Notes: a model not told the origin generated them from the sequence alone. A DNA stretch of 64,000 bases from Rhina ancylostomus (GCA_030265395.1 JARFYF010000051.1:32993434-33057433); one strand, 5' to 3'. Shown: positions 48,671 through 62,539, counted from the first letter of the stretch. A program made the numbers and translations.

Positions 48671-51589
48671 GGGCTGGATCTTTATACATTTGATCTTCGC
48701 AAACGTGCGGAGATAAAGTATTAATGCAAAGGGGGCCATTCCATAGTGACGTTTATATTTATTGCAGAAAAAGTCTTATTAGTACGAGTGCATAATTAGT
48801 AGTTAGCACCTTTTAATTTCACTCATTCTTATAGTTTGGTTGCTAGGGGTGGGCAGTCGGGTCACTATAGTCATTTTGAAGTTAAGACCAAACTGTAGAC
48901 TCATAACTATAGGCAAAGAATTAATGAGTGGTTTGTTTTTTAGAGTTCCATCACTTTTTTTTTGGTGTAGTTCTTTGGATCCGAATTATTGTTACAATTT
49001 TCTCTCAAGGAGAACTGGTTGCACAGGTAAATGTTAGTGTGAGATCATTTGGGGAACATTTTTACCTTTTTTTTGTAAACAGCACCAAGTACCAACTGGC
49101 ACTATTAATGGAATATTTAAATCCTTTGATGGGATGAAAGTTCTGAAATAGCTTAAAAGGTTCAAAGTCAATAACTTTCCTAGAGCATAGGTATTATTTA
49201 TCTCAACAAGGTATGAAGGAATGTCTCTTGGGACAGATGACGCAGCTGATCCAAATCCACTGGGGTCTCTTTCCATTCTTCTCCAAAGAAGGAAAACCCA
49301 GCAGTGTGAAGGCTTGGAATTGTGATCCTCACCACCAGATGTTCCTTTCTGTTGTTCTCACCTCCCGCCCGNNNNNNNNNNNNNNNNNNNNNNNNNNNNN
49401 NNNNNNNNNNNNNNNNNNNNNNNNNNNNNNNNNNNNTCTCACCTCCCCCCCCCCCAGTCCCCTGCACCAGCAGCCTAGCTGGCCCTCGTACCCCCGCACC
49501 AGCAACGCAACTGGCCCTCCCCCCCCCCCACCAATTCCCCAACAGGTGAAGTGTAACACACAATTCCAACTCATGATATGTGCAGTTAACTCTCCTAGTA
49601 GTGCTCTAGTTTTTTTCAATGCAAGTATAGCTATATAGAGGTGATAATCCATGTACAAAATTATATGAAGTTTGATTCATGAACTTTATTTTTAAATCAA
49701 TAAGGAATGAATGGTAAATGTTGGCCTTGCTGGCAAGGATGAAATCCAATGGATGGATTTAAAAAAAGAAAATTTTTTCCTTCAGTTTTGAAAAGTTGCA
49801 AGCTATTGAACTTTAAATAATATGCATTCTTCAAAGGAACTTTCTATTTTTGGTGTGTATTGTAAGATTTTTTCATGCCAAAGATTACACATTACTCATT
49901 CCCAGAATGTGTGTTTGTTGACTGAATGTCTGGAAACAAGTTACTAGGCTGGAGGGCAGTTAAAAATCCTTGTCACCACATTTGGCTTTTGAGATCTACT
50001 GCATGCTTTCATGTGACCTCTGACTTCAGAAGATAGTCAAATAAACACTGTAAGACTCTGGCTTGGACTGATTTATTAGTGAAGAAAAATCACCAAGGAT
50101 TGTGAATAATGAGTGTAGGGATCATGTTATATTTGCAAACTGAAATGCCAAAACAGACATATAAAAACTGAAGAAATGTATATGAAAAGATAATCACCTG
50201 TACCCCACTTAATGTTCTGCCACATTGCACAGATACATCATAGTGCTGTAGGGCCTGGAGTCAAAATGCCCACAGTATGTGCCCTTATGTAATTTTAAAA
50301 AGGCACGCCTGAGGCTGCAGGCTCCTGAGTGGGAACCTGGCATGAGCTCCTGGCCTCTACCAACAATACCACAAAGGAAAAATGGTGATGTTATTATTGC
50401 TTGGCTTGGTGTAGAGTGAACCACTGAGGTAATGTGCAGGGCTGTTGGTGTTGGGCAGGCTGGGGTGAGCTGTGCAGTTGCTCAGTGCTCGGGTGTGCCC
50501 AAGATGCACTATGAGTGTGGCCCATTGCTCCACAGCCCAGGGATTTCTCAGTGGTGACCACTAACAGCCAGGGAGAAAACCTCCAGCTCTAGAGAGCTGT
50601 GCAGACAGACAGAGATAGGGGCAGACTCCTGCTTCTATCACACCTCACAGGAGGTGGCGAGAAGCTGTGGGATCCAGGCAGACTGTCAACACATGGAGCA
50701 GGTGCTGCTGATCCTCAGCGTTGGGCCACACACAACGTAAACCCCTGAGCCATTCAGCCTCAGTGTCTTCCTCCACACTGAGCCATACAGTGATGGGGTC
50801 ACTTTAAGCACTTCATTGCTGCAAGAAAGCCAGTGGAGGGCTAAGTCCCTGAGCAGATTCCCGGCATAGCAGTGTGCAACGTCAGACAGGGGAAACCATG
50901 GTTTGCACCTGGTTCTTTGTACAGCAGTGCTGTCAGTAATGCACTTCTATATGTACATGACTCCTTTTGGTGCTGATTCCACAAGCATTCTCATTCCTCG
51001 GGTGGAGCGCTAAGTGAGGCACAGTGTATGGATTATTTCCTTATTTGATATGAAGGATTGATGTCCAGTTTAGAGACATGTAAATGTTAGGTTAGCAACA
51101 GATTCATAACAGTTCAAATAGTCTCAACAGAGTACCTGCTGACTCCCGTTAAGTAGTTCTGGGACTCTGTTTATTAACAAGTTGGAATTCTTGTGATGTG
51201 GCCCTTGATACCTACTGACCTAACATAACTTATAGAGGTACAGCAATAGAAATTAGTTCCAGTTCTTTTGCTTTATGGGTGGGAATATTAGCAGCATTTC
51301 AGGGTTCATTCTTGATGTCTAGAAAGCCTCCTGTATTTGCCAGATGTCAAGCATATCTGCCTAAAGCAGGCATTGCCTAAATAACAAAGAGACTAAGATC
51401 TGTTTTGGGACACCTTGAGGAACTCGGCTGTCCTGAATATGCTTGGAATTAAGGGAGGTGCAGCCTAGCACATGGGACTTGTCCAAGGTGGCTTGGTGGT
51501 TCAGCTCAGCACTTTCATCAAGCTGCTGCCGTTCTGGTTCTCATCAGACTTCATCCAGCAGGGCTCCATGTGACAATCATGGGGTGACT

Positions 51590-52050
51590 GGAGGTGTACA
51601 TTCGTATGGTGCAGAACAGGCTCTTCAGTCCATCATGCCCATGATAACCATCAAGTAACTATCTCTGCTAATCCCATTTACCAGCACTTGGCCAGCAGCT
51701 TTCCATCCCTTGGTGATACTTCAGTGTTGTGAGATTACCTGCCTCCATCACGCCTTCAGGCAATGTGCTCCAAATTCCAACCATCCCTCAGATGGGAAGA
51801 AAATTCCCTCTTCTGATCCACTCTAAATTTCTTGCCCTTTACCCTAAGCTTGTACCCTCTAGTTTTAGATACCTCTGCCATAGGACAGATAGCAGCAAAA
51901 TTTCCCTATCTATGCCCCTCATAATTTTGTATCTGTCTATCAGGTCTCTCCTCGGATTCTTCCACTTCATGGAAAACTAATGCCAGCCTATCTAGACACT
52001 TCCCTCACAACTGAAAAGCTCCATCCCAGACAACATGCCGGTGTATCTTC
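51590..52050 (-). mobile_element. CR1 LINE 3' fragment
   Basis: Similar to 31110-31600 (tctatgcccctcataattttgta, ctaatcccatttaccagcacttgg). Confidence 0.7.
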
Positions 52051-53621
52051 ATTTAGGAGCATTTTTCAAAAAGATCATTGTGCACAAAGATAATAAGATC
52101 TGTGGTTGCTAGCAGCTCAAAGCTAATTTTACAAACTGTCTGACTTGATCTCCATTCCAACTCAATGCAAGTAGGAATTCTGTAGTAAACGCTAGCAAGT
52201 ATGCACTTGGCAGGATAAAATGAACAGTATAATTTTGCACTGGGAGCAGAGACCTGGGAATATAATTGACAAAATTACATTGAGGAAGTCATTAAAAAGG
52301 CAGAAGGGCCTCTGTGCCATAAGTTCTTTATAAAACAGCTCCATCCAGAGGCTCTGTCAGATTCAACTCACCACTCGTCATCAAGGATGTTAAAGCCTTT
52401 GAAAGGATGCAGAAAGGAATCATGGCAATGATCTCGGGGACTTCAGCTATGACTTGGAGAAGCTTGGTTTGGAGCAAAAGGTTATTTGTTGCTAGAGCAA
52501 TGCTGGTTGAAACCTGCCTTGTTGCACTGGGGAAGGCAGTGGGGCAGGTGTCAGCCACGAGCAGCTCTGGCTGTAGATGGTCTGGCTGTGAGCAGCAACA
52601 GTCTGAGCTCACTGCCTGCAGAGCAAATGTGAGGCACTGCCAGTGGTGAGATCACAAGTACTGACATTCTGAAGGAAGACCCCAGATTCTTGCTCACCAG
52701 AGGTACTGGCACTTTCCCATGCCAGGTTGTCAGGGGTCCCAAGATTTGGATGAAACTAAATTGCACATGTCCCTCTTTGCCCATGACAGGGTCAAGTTGG
52801 GTGACATCAGTGTGATGATGACATGCACTGATTTAATTTTTATCAGCATTAGCCTGCGCTGTAGATTTTGGTTGATCTTTGCGTGTGCTACTAAACTAGC
52901 TAAAAACCCCTGCCAATTGCATCTATATCACTGGTATTCCTGCATCTGTTGGCATGGAGGTGCCCCCACATCCTGACTGGTGAGCATAGACTCCATTTCA
53001 AAGACCAGGTGTAGGTGGGAGAAAGGTGCTCTGAGACTTCTTGATATCTCCCACAGATTTTTTAGCAAGGTGAACAGAGCAACAAATGTCCACGGTTTCT
53101 GCAGTAGCCTTTTCAGTCAGACTACCTTATCAGAGTCCTCGCCTGAGTCACTGGAAAAGAACTAATGCCAACCCTGTCCAACTGGGAGTTGGCATATTTC
53201 CTTAGTAATTGGCCTGGCTGCAGTCTACTGGTACCATGTCTCGCTGTATAAAAACCAGGTATGCAGGTGAGTTGTGGAATCTGGGATAGTTGAGGGGAAT
53301 GTGAACAGAATAAAATGGGATTAGTGTAGGCTCAGTGTGAATGGGTGCTTGATGTCTGCCACAGACTCTGGGTGAAATGGTCTGTTTCTGCACTGCATGA
53401 CTCTGACTCCAAGGTACCATGATTTGAGATGGTGCTTAGGTGGTGTCTAGCGCAATGATGCAATGTACTCCTCCTGGCAACGTCTCCTCATTGGTTGGAG
53501 TGGGATTTGGGTTTCGCTGGGGTCTAGTCAAGTGGAATCTCCTGCAAATCTGCAATGATAAAGGCAAAAGGATATGGTCACGGTGAGGGGAATGCTTAAA
53601 TAAGGGGAGCAAAATGAAACA

Positions 53622-53915
53622 GTCAGTGGTGCACCTAGTAAAGGTGCTACCTCACAGCACCAGTGACCAGAGTTCGATCCTGACCACGTGAATTTCTCCC
53701 AGGTACTCCAGTTTCTTCCCACATCCAAAAGATGCGCAAGTTGGTTGGTTAATTGGCCACTATAAATTTCTCCTAATATGAAGGTGAGTGGTAGAATCTG
53801 GGTGGAGTTTGGAATGTGGGGAGAATTTCTTAATAGAAAAACAAAAGTGGGATTATTGTTGATGGATGTTTGATGGAGCAAAGAGGCTGAAGACAGGCCA
53901 TATGACTCTGACTGT
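53622..53915 (+). mobile_element. Degenerate V-SINE
   Basis: gagttcgatcc B-box and actccagtttcttcccacatccaaaaga...ggttaattggccac. Confidence 0.65.
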
Positions 53916-54413
53916 ATGACATACACTGGTAGAGCATCGATGACAGGAGAAGGGACTTGAAAGGGCAGGTTAGTTAAGTGCATACTGTTGCTTGCTGTTA
54001 ATTCAGATGCTGCACATGTTACATGCTTGGTGGTAGTGTGAACTGCATCAATTGGAACCCTGATGTTATTTAGCATGGGATTAGTTTGATATGAGGGTAT
54101 TGATTCAATGACATTGCTGAAGACAAGGTTATAGGGTAACAAAGGTGGGCACTTTTTCACAAAGAGTATGGTAGATAAATTGCACACTTGCAGGGATTAA
54201 GCAAAACCAATGCAGATTTCCTGGGCTGCAATATCTTGGAGTATTTATTTATCTGACTTGTACACATTGCACAGAAGAAGCTGCTTCCATATGCCAGTAA
54301 ATGTATTGAGCCATTACAGAAGCCAACTTTAAAAAGAATATAGTCTTATTCTTGCAGATAAATTTAATCTGGTCACATTTTATTTTTGTTAGATACATAT
54401 CAATTGTGCAAAT

Positions 54414-54448
54414 ATGGCGGACATTGAGGATACCTTGGAAGAGTTGCA
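54414..54448 (+). CDS. Troponin T-like gene (probable TNNT4), first coding exon MADIEDTLEEL-Q; the exon begins at 54393
   Basis: Acceptor tttgttag| at 54392, good Kozak context AATATGG, donor CA|gtaagt in phase 2. Resembles TNNT2 MSDIEEVVEEY, whose first coding exon also ends in phase 2. Confidence 0.78.
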
Positions 54449-54549
54449 GTAAGTGTTATGAAATATATTTTGCTATATTGCAATCTCAAATGGAAAAGAC
54501 ATTTGTTTTATTTTATTGTTTTGATTAAATTTTTTTCTTTCCCTAACAG

Positions 54550-54563
54550 GGAAAAGGAGGAAG
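54550..54563 (+). CDS. Troponin T-like gene, 14-nt microexon (EKEE)
   Basis: Acceptor ttttctttccctaacag|, donor AAG|gtaaga, phase 2-1. The same pattern as the tiny G-GAG-CAG-GAA-G exon 3 of TNNT2. Confidence 0.75.
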
Positions 54564-54899
54564 GTAAGACACTAACAATATTTTTGATGCTTCACAAATT
54601 TTATTTCCTTCACATTACTTTTTTCAGAAGAAATGTCTGCCAAAGAAGGCAAAATATATATTTTCCAATGCAGCTTGTTTTATTTAATTTCCAGTACATT
54701 TTTGATTTCTATTACATTTTTAATGAAGTAATAAAATGGATGCTGGGAGTAAAAAAAAGTTTTTCCAAAAATTGACCCAGAAATTCTGCAGCATGTTATC
54801 AGTGTAAATACTTGGATTGGTGAATTGGTATAGCCAGTAAATCTTCTTGGATTTAGGCTGTTGTAGAACTAACTGGAGTGTTTCAAATATTTACAATAG

Positions 54900-54956
54900 T
54901 AGTAGAAGAAGAAGAAGAAGAAGAAGATCTAAAGGAAGAGACCAAGTTGGAAGAAG
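54900..54956 (+). CDS. Troponin T-like gene, 57-nt acidic exon (V-VEEEEEEEDLKEETKLEE); tandem acceptors could start it at 54903 or 54906
   Basis: Branch-like ACTAAC at 54868, TAGTAGTAG acceptors, donor GAAG|gtagaa, phase 1-1, Glu-rich. Confidence 0.72.
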
Positions 54957-56751
54957 GTAGAATTCTTGTCTGCATTCTTAAAGTCACTTTATTTGTATGT
55001 TTTGTATTGCTCTGTTATGAGTTAATTTCATTCCATCAACCATGAAATTTACAACGTCAATTTTCCAGAAGGTTGTCTCATGCTGTCCATATACAAACCA
55101 TTGCCACTAAGAAATTGTAGATGTGCTTGAACTATTTTCTGATGCATATTCCCAATGGGCCCATGTTGATAATTGGCACTTATCAATAACATTGATGATA
55201 ATCGGTTAATTCTATGCATAGTGATCTAAGATTGGAAGAGATATTGTATCTAAGAGATAACCTCTTGCTGTATATAAGATGTCCATGTGACAGGACATTG
55301 CATTGTCACATATGCTGTCCATTGAATTCTACATTAAACTGAATTCCCATCTATCTGTACTTGGGTTCAACTTTATGTTCAAGATTGCATGATAATGTCT
55401 CATGGAAGACAAGCAGTTCTCCTAATTTAGTGGGTGTCAAAGAGGTGGAGCAGTTAATGCTGCCACTTCATGACTCTGGTGACTTGTATTCAGTCCTGAC
55501 CTCCCTAAAAAAATTGCTGGTAGATTAGTAGGCTACTGCAAATAACCCCTTAGTGGAGGTAAATGCAAAGAATCAAAAGCAAAGTGATGGATATGAAGGA
55601 CAATGAATTGCAGGGCTGTAGGGAATTAGCAGAGGGAGAATGGGAATGATGGGATTGTTTTCCTGGGACCTGGTATAGAGCTGAGCGGCCTCCTGTATTG
55701 AAGTAATAACATCTTGGCCAACATTCCTAACCTCAGCCATTACGAGTAAAACTAAATCAGCCAGTTGTGCCTCCTATATTGTGGGATCTCATGAAACACA
55801 AAATGGTTGCCTACATAATTGTAATTACAGTAAAGGGGAATAATAACACCTTTATGCTTCAGAAATGTGTGTTGCTAATTTGTACATTAATATATCCTCA
55901 TTTTTGTTTCTATCTATCCGCAAAGCAAAATTGTTGTCCCTTTTACTCCAACCATTAATTTTATTAAATTACTTTTTTTGTGCTGTGATAAATCCATTTA
56001 TGGGTTATCTATTAAGTCCCTCTCTTTTTGAACATTGGCTAAATAATCCATAACGAAAACTGGTACCTTAGGAAGGACTATAACCTGAGTGATGAGCAGT
56101 TTCGATTTAAGGCTTTTCTGGTGTTATATGTTTCATGAGGATGCACTAACAAAGTTTCCACAAGTTCCCATCTTAACAAAAAGAATTATTAGGAAAGGAG
56201 CCTTGTTTAGGCTGTAATCATTTATGCTTTGTTAGGGCTTTTGTTTTTGGAATTCAAAATGGTCATTCCAAGATTATTGAGACACCTGGTCTTTGTGTTC
56301 CTTTTGCTCCCTGTACAGATAATACTTACTTTTCAACCTTCTGAGATTGCCTTAATATATCCAAACCTCAGTGGCAAATGAGCATATTCTTTCTTGAGTA
56401 TTTGCAGAATTTCAATCATTTTTTTAAAGTGTCCAATATTTGCTGGAAATGGATAGAAATTAAATGTTTAAAGAAAACTCTAAAACATTTAATGTATTGC
56501 TGTGCAAATTGATCAGAACATCTTTGAAATTGTCAAAAATCAACCACCACGAGGCAGCATTAAGAAATAGAAGTGTCAGCTTATTCATTTTAGATTTATT
56601 TTTGGTTGTTTAATTCATTGATTTATTACAGCCTGCGTAATACTCATGACCAGGGTTAACTCAATAAGTGTATTGGTATGATGAATTATGGCCATCATAC
56701 ATGACACCAAGTTGTCCTTACTTGTATTTTTTTTCTTTATCCAATTGACAG

Positions 56752-56793
56752 AAGACTCCTCTCTGCTTCAGACTCAACAACCAACTGATGAAG
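56752..56793 (+). CDS. Troponin T-like gene, candidate 42-nt exon (E-DSSLLQTQQPTDE)
   Basis: T-rich tract then gacag|, donor GAAG|gtacaa. Symmetric phase 1-1 and open in frame. Confidence 0.6.
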
Positions 56794-59039
56794 GTACAAG
56801 CTATTATCCATGTGTTGGTAATTCCTTTTGCTAAGATGGTGTAGTCTGTGAATTTCTGTATGTTCCTGAAAGCAGGCACTACATAAGAGGTAGCGCTACA
56901 TACAGAACATCTGTTATCAAACGCAATAGCTCTCAATTAAACAGCAGCACCCAGTACAATAAATATTAAAGTCATGGCATATTTCTTAAAGGCACAATTG
57001 TAATTATGTTTACTATGCTGCTTCTCCCATTTTTTTTAAAAAAAGGAAACTAATGCATACAAATCATCGACTATTTGCATATATGAAATTATGTAATCAA
57101 TATAGTCACAAGTTCAAGAAGTTACAAATTAATTTGATCTCTTGATCTCCTTATTCATTGAACTTTCTGGCAAGCTTCACTTGACAATGCTGAAGTGTCT
57201 ATTGAAGACAGTAGAAATTCCAGTGGATAATATCCTCTTGTATGCTCTTGCATCCTGTTCTGCACTTGACTTCATGGCAATGAATACATTGTATTATGTA
57301 TTGTGGAGCAACACCTTGTGTCACTTGTATGAAACTGTCTACAGAAGTTTAACACAGAGTCTAATAAGAGTTCACATTAACCAGTGGTTAGAATTGCACC
57401 ATGTATTTGGTACATTACTGGCTAGCATGAACTGTTGCAACATTGCCTACTTCAGTTACGACTTAACGTTCTCCAGTTTTAACATAGCCTTGCATCCTGC
57501 AGATTCACTGAAGACATGCAACACTTCCTCTTTGCTGCTGTCACTTTTGAAGCAATAAAGTCATCTTCTCTGACCTTCCCTTTCTGAATGGTCTTCAAAA
57601 CTTTCACATTTGCCTTATCGCAATCCAGCTATGCTGTATCAGGTGGACATTAGTGAGTCCATGTCCTCTGTAATATTTCTCGTAGAATCTTCAGAGCCTC
57701 AGCACTGCCTCCAGTTTGCAAGGCAGTCCTCTCTTAAAACATCCAATTCAACCTGTCATCTATTCAGTCATTCTGTTGGTCACAAGAATCTTGTTGACAC
57801 TGAGCCCTTCCCCAGAACTTGTGCAGTTTCAACATCTCTATCTGTGCGAACTTTGCCAGGACCTATCAAAACCATCTTGCACTCAGCCTTTTCCTTCTCG
57901 CCTCATTTGGGATCTCTGGTCGTGATGCAGCTGTTGCCGTTAAAACCTCTGATTTGGCTCTCTATTGTTCAACTGATTACAGATTCCTCCTATACACTGT
58001 CTGTCAGAGGTTTGTAAAAAGTCCCGGTGAAACTGCATGGTCCCTGTTAATAGCGGCCTTTAACATGGGCTGCTCAATGGTCTGTCTTTAGAAAAAACCA
58101 AGCCCTGGATGGACTCTTCCCCACGAGTATCACCCCACAGTCTAATTCTGGGACTAACTTGTANNNNNNNNNNNNNNNNNNNNNNNNNNNNNNNNNNNNN
58201 NNNNNNNNNNNNNNNNNNNNNNNNNNNNNNNNNNNNNNNNNNNNNNNNNNNNNNNNNNNNNNNTGCTAGAGTTTTGCTGCCATCACTTGTTGTCTCTGAC
58301 TAAACCTGTATAACTTACTGTCTGACACTCGAATCCATGACTCTCAAAGAATGTCTTCAGTATGTTCATTGTATCTCTGATGTTGTGTCTTTTGTTACTA
58401 TTTCCCATTCTCATTGCAAACCCACTTCTGGAGATATGTAAAGCTCAGATAATCGGATATCCAGTTGTTCAAAAACCCTGATGGTTTGGTAGCTGGCTCA
58501 CCAGGTGATGCTTCCAATGCTCCTTTTAAACTCACTGGGGGCCCTGTTCCCACACTCCCTTAAAATTCACCAGGAGCCACCTTTTGTACTCCCTTAACTC
58601 ACCAGGGTTTGTTTCCCACATTCCCTTTCAACTCACCCTGTTCAATGAAACATTATTATATTACTGTGTTATACATCTTAAAACAAAGTGAATTAAGTGT
58701 GTTGGGGTATCAATGGGAGAAACACCCAGTAGTCTGGAAAATCAGCTGCCTGGATTTGCTGCAGCTTCCTCTCAGGTTGTACTTTTTCTTGCTCTTCCTG
58801 ATAGTTGCATGGCAGCCATTGAACTATCGCTCGAGCCACAATCTGTAACCCTGGTCAGGCAATCTCTTGTATTCTCATCCAACGTAGAAGGATGCCATTC
58901 AGCCCATCAAGTCAATGCTAGCTCTTGGTGCATTTCCATCAGTCACATTGCCTCATTTATTTCCCTGTAACCTATTCTTTACCTGGAGATGCCTTTGCAC
59001 ATGTCAAATCCACCAGACCAATGGTTTGCTCGCTTTGAC

Positions 59040-59530
59040 TGTGAGTGGGAGAAGAACAGTGGGGGTGTGGGTTACCTGAAGTTGGAAAATTCAACGTTCA
59101 TACCATTGTGTTGTAAACCACCTAAGTGGAATAAGAGATGTTGTTCTTCCAATGTATGTATAGCCTCACCGTACCACATAGCAGTGGAGAAGACCATATC
59201 GCTGGTGGTGTTCTCCCACATACATTCACCTGTCCACTTAGGTTTCCTCTACCCTTTATTCACTTTTGTCATCCCCTTCTCCTTCCCCTCCCTGCCTGGT
59301 TACATCTGCCTATCATCCTTTATCTTCAAACCCTCTTTCCCCCCAGTAACTATCAATTATCCAACTATCAGTTATTGGCCTTTTACCCACCCTGCTTCAT
59401 ATTTCTGTATAATGGCAATCCTTCCTCTCCCCTCTCGGTCCTGATGCAGTGTCAACCCAAAAGCTCGATTTTTGCCTCCATAAATGTTGTTTGACCTGCT
59501 GAGTTCTTCCAGTGTTTTTTTTCTGCATCT
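59040..59530. mobile_element. Penelope-like fragments in inverted arrangement
   Basis: A minus-strand endonuclease-end piece, then a pyrimidine-rich tract and the gacctgctgagttcttccag terminal unit. Confidence 0.5.
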
Positions 59531-59919
59531 ACGGTGTATTTTGTCTTGTAAAATTGACAAACCTATCACACAAAGTAAAAGCACCATGTGTGGGTGTAGT
59601 GGATGGCCAACAGGTGCTGTTGCACCTGATGTGGTGCCTGCACTGTGAACCCAGCTCTTGCCATGTGCTTGCGCAGCAGGGAGGTGAGCGTATCTGCTTG
59701 CTCACCTGATCCATCTCGCAGGTGGAGCCAGATGTAGCAGTCTAACTGCTCCGCAATCAACAGCCAGCAGTAGAGAGTCTAGCCTGACTTCATGTCTCCA
59801 GACGCAGATGCCCCAGCTCATTAGTAATCTTGTTTGTCCTTTGACAGGTCTTGCTTGCCGTCCACATCCCCCTCCCCTTCACCCAAATCACCACAACTTA
59901 AAACATTAAACATTACATT

Positions 59920-60139
59920 ATTTATACAGCATGGTAACAGGCCCTTCTGGCCCAATGAGCCTGCACCGCCGAATTACGCCCATGTTAACCTACTAACCGG
60001 TACGTCTTTTGGAATGTAGGAGGAAACCAGAGTACCCAGAGGAAACCCATGACGACACGGGGAGAACATACAAAATCCTTACAGACAGCAGTGGGAATTG
60101 AACCCTGATGGCTGGTGCTGTAACAGTGTTACGCTAACT
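59920..60139 (-). mobile_element. V-SINE
   Basis: ggaggaaaccagagtacccagaggaaaccca...gggaattgaaccc is the reverse complement of the V-domain and B-box. Confidence 0.8.
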
Positions 60140-62539
60140 NNNNNNNNNNNNNNNNNNNNNNNNNNNNNNNNNNNNNNNNNNNATAGTTAAGTTGCTGATA
60201 ACTAGTCTATGAAGCTGCTACTATAGGTGTACATAGCACTTAGGAGCAGATCAACAAAGGCCTGACATTTATTGTAAACAAGGACTTAAAAATAATTTAT
60301 ATTTTTAACAATTAATAATATACTATACATTTGAAAGTGAAGACTAGACAAGTCCTGACTGATGAAGATTTACATGCTGTTCAAGCTACATCCTTGGTGT
60401 AGATCTCACAAATGGATAGAGTCATACAAATATGACAAATAAACAAATCTGAGGAATGCTAAATGTTTATAATACTGTTCATCACTTGATTTACTCATCT
60501 GCTTTATAATCTTGCAATTCAGAATCATATTGGAAATAATATTTTTTAATTTGTTTTTCCCCAACTGCATTTAGTTTACAAGATCATGAACCAACTTTCA
60601 GATGTACTGTGGATGCTGAAAATTTAAAATAAAGATTAGCACTCAGCATGTCAAAGGAAAAACACTGACCTTTCACCAGTTCTGAGATGTTAACATTAAC
60701 CTACTTCTTGTAGGTTTCTCCACAGAGAGCCCTCTAATGAACATTTACTGAATGCTTCTTGCAACACATCCAGAGCTACAATATATCACTATATTCATTG
60801 AGGGAGAACTGAACCATGTAATTACAACAAAAATTGCCATACTTTATTGCTCCTGCACTGCTAACCTTTGAGTAAGATAATGTGTCACCAATTAAAGAGG
60901 AAAAACAGTGTTAAGATGCCCGGCAGATTCAGTGATAATAGAAAATACATTAGCAATATTTTCCATGATCCAGGAATACAATACCAGACTAGAAATATGT
61001 TGGGTTCTTCCCATCTAATGCTTTGTTGGCAAGGAACTTCAGGGGGGTAAGAAAATCCCTGTTGAATTTCAGCACCCTCATGTTCAACATAAGCTAGAGA
61101 CTATTGCACAGTGAAGTATACATCTATGCTAACTACTGATCACAGTACACAATCAGGAACTTGCTATGTCAATCTAGAAGTTTGCAAATTTGCTTCTGGT
61201 TCCTGCAAGGGGGCAGCTCAATGCATGGTATCTAACACAGCACAATATGTCTATATGCTACTTCCACATTTGCACATGGATGCAACTGCTGCAGAAGAAG
61301 ACCCTCACAATGAAGGGGAGATCCACTTCAACAACACTCCAAGGAGACTTGCCTGCTCATCCAAGCTCATGAAGTTCAGTGTGGGGAATTAGTTGCATGG
61401 CATTAAAAAGTTCTCTCACTGCAACTCTTCCTCAGGGCTCCCATATACCACCCCTACAGACACACCCCATCACCACGTCTCAACACCTGCCCTCCCATCC
61501 AGCAGATGACTGCATCCCCTGCTTGGTTTCTCCTGACTTTCTCCAGGTCCCAATTTGCCTGACATTCTGGTCTTCCACCAGCACCCCTCCCCCATTGCAA
61601 CATGTGACACTTCCCATCAGTCTGCCTATGTTCCTCTGTTCGTTCCACCATTCCTTTTATTCACAATAAGCATACGAGGCCTGTTCTATTGAGCATAATG
61701 TCTCTGGTTTTAAGTGCAATAGAAGTTTGCAGCAGTGGGCCCCCTCACTGAATATGCAGTGGTGTGACACTCACCACGCATTTAATGTACCTTTTTGAGC
61801 AGGGAAGGATCTCTGGGATTATATCTCACAATATTGTAGAAACAAATGAGTTTCTTGAAAATGAATAGCTACCTTTATTAAAAGTAAGCCAGATGGCAGA
61901 AAGACCCTTGCATAACACCTGGCTGCTTAATTGGTCAGACAAATGAGAGACTGTTTCTGACCAGCCAGTAAAACGCTCTGATTAATTACACAGTTTTGGG
62001 TCAGATAAGGGTAACTGTGTAAGGCTGACTTTCAAATTGTCTCTTTTTGGCTTGGAGCCTTGTTTGCCATTCTTGTATGCTGGAAACTCTCAACATTTGA
62101 CTTAGTATTTTCCCTCTCTTCAATTTCAAGCGAAGAATAATTGAGGTCAGTAACCTCTGATTCCCCAACTGGCAGACTTGGCAAGATGGCTCTTCACTAA
62201 CTGCATCTTGAAACTGTCATCTCTTAAATCTGGAAATAAATATTCATTTAAAATAAATAGAAACTTGGATGGATGACAGTAACAAAAATATAACAAGAGA
62301 CACTGAGCATTCTGAAGGCATTCTTTAAACTCCTGGGTTATTTAATTATGTTTAGCCAATTTTTATATCACAAGAAACCAATTGTGGATTAGATGTGAAA
62401 ATAGTAAGCACAACTGCATTCAGTTCGCCTTATAGTTTCATATGTTGCTTTCTGACAGTGTAGAAAATTGCCTGGATATGTCCTGTTGTGAACTGGACAA
62501 ATCCATCCCAATTTACTTTCAATCATCAGCAAAGTGATG

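Noticed and set aside
48278-48716. Ala/Arg/Gly-rich ORFs on both strands
   Set aside because: A by-product of the GC-rich promoter; no protein family recognised.
60870-61400. Possible Harbinger transposase remnant (PHNEGEIHFNN); similar hints at 39410-39540
   Set aside because: The similarity is too faint to support without a profile search.
62131-62145. 15-nt microexon candidate aag|CGAAGAATAATTGAG|gtcagt
   Set aside because: In the required phase 1 it contains an in-frame TGA, so it is not a coding exon of this gene. A poison-exon role has no support.
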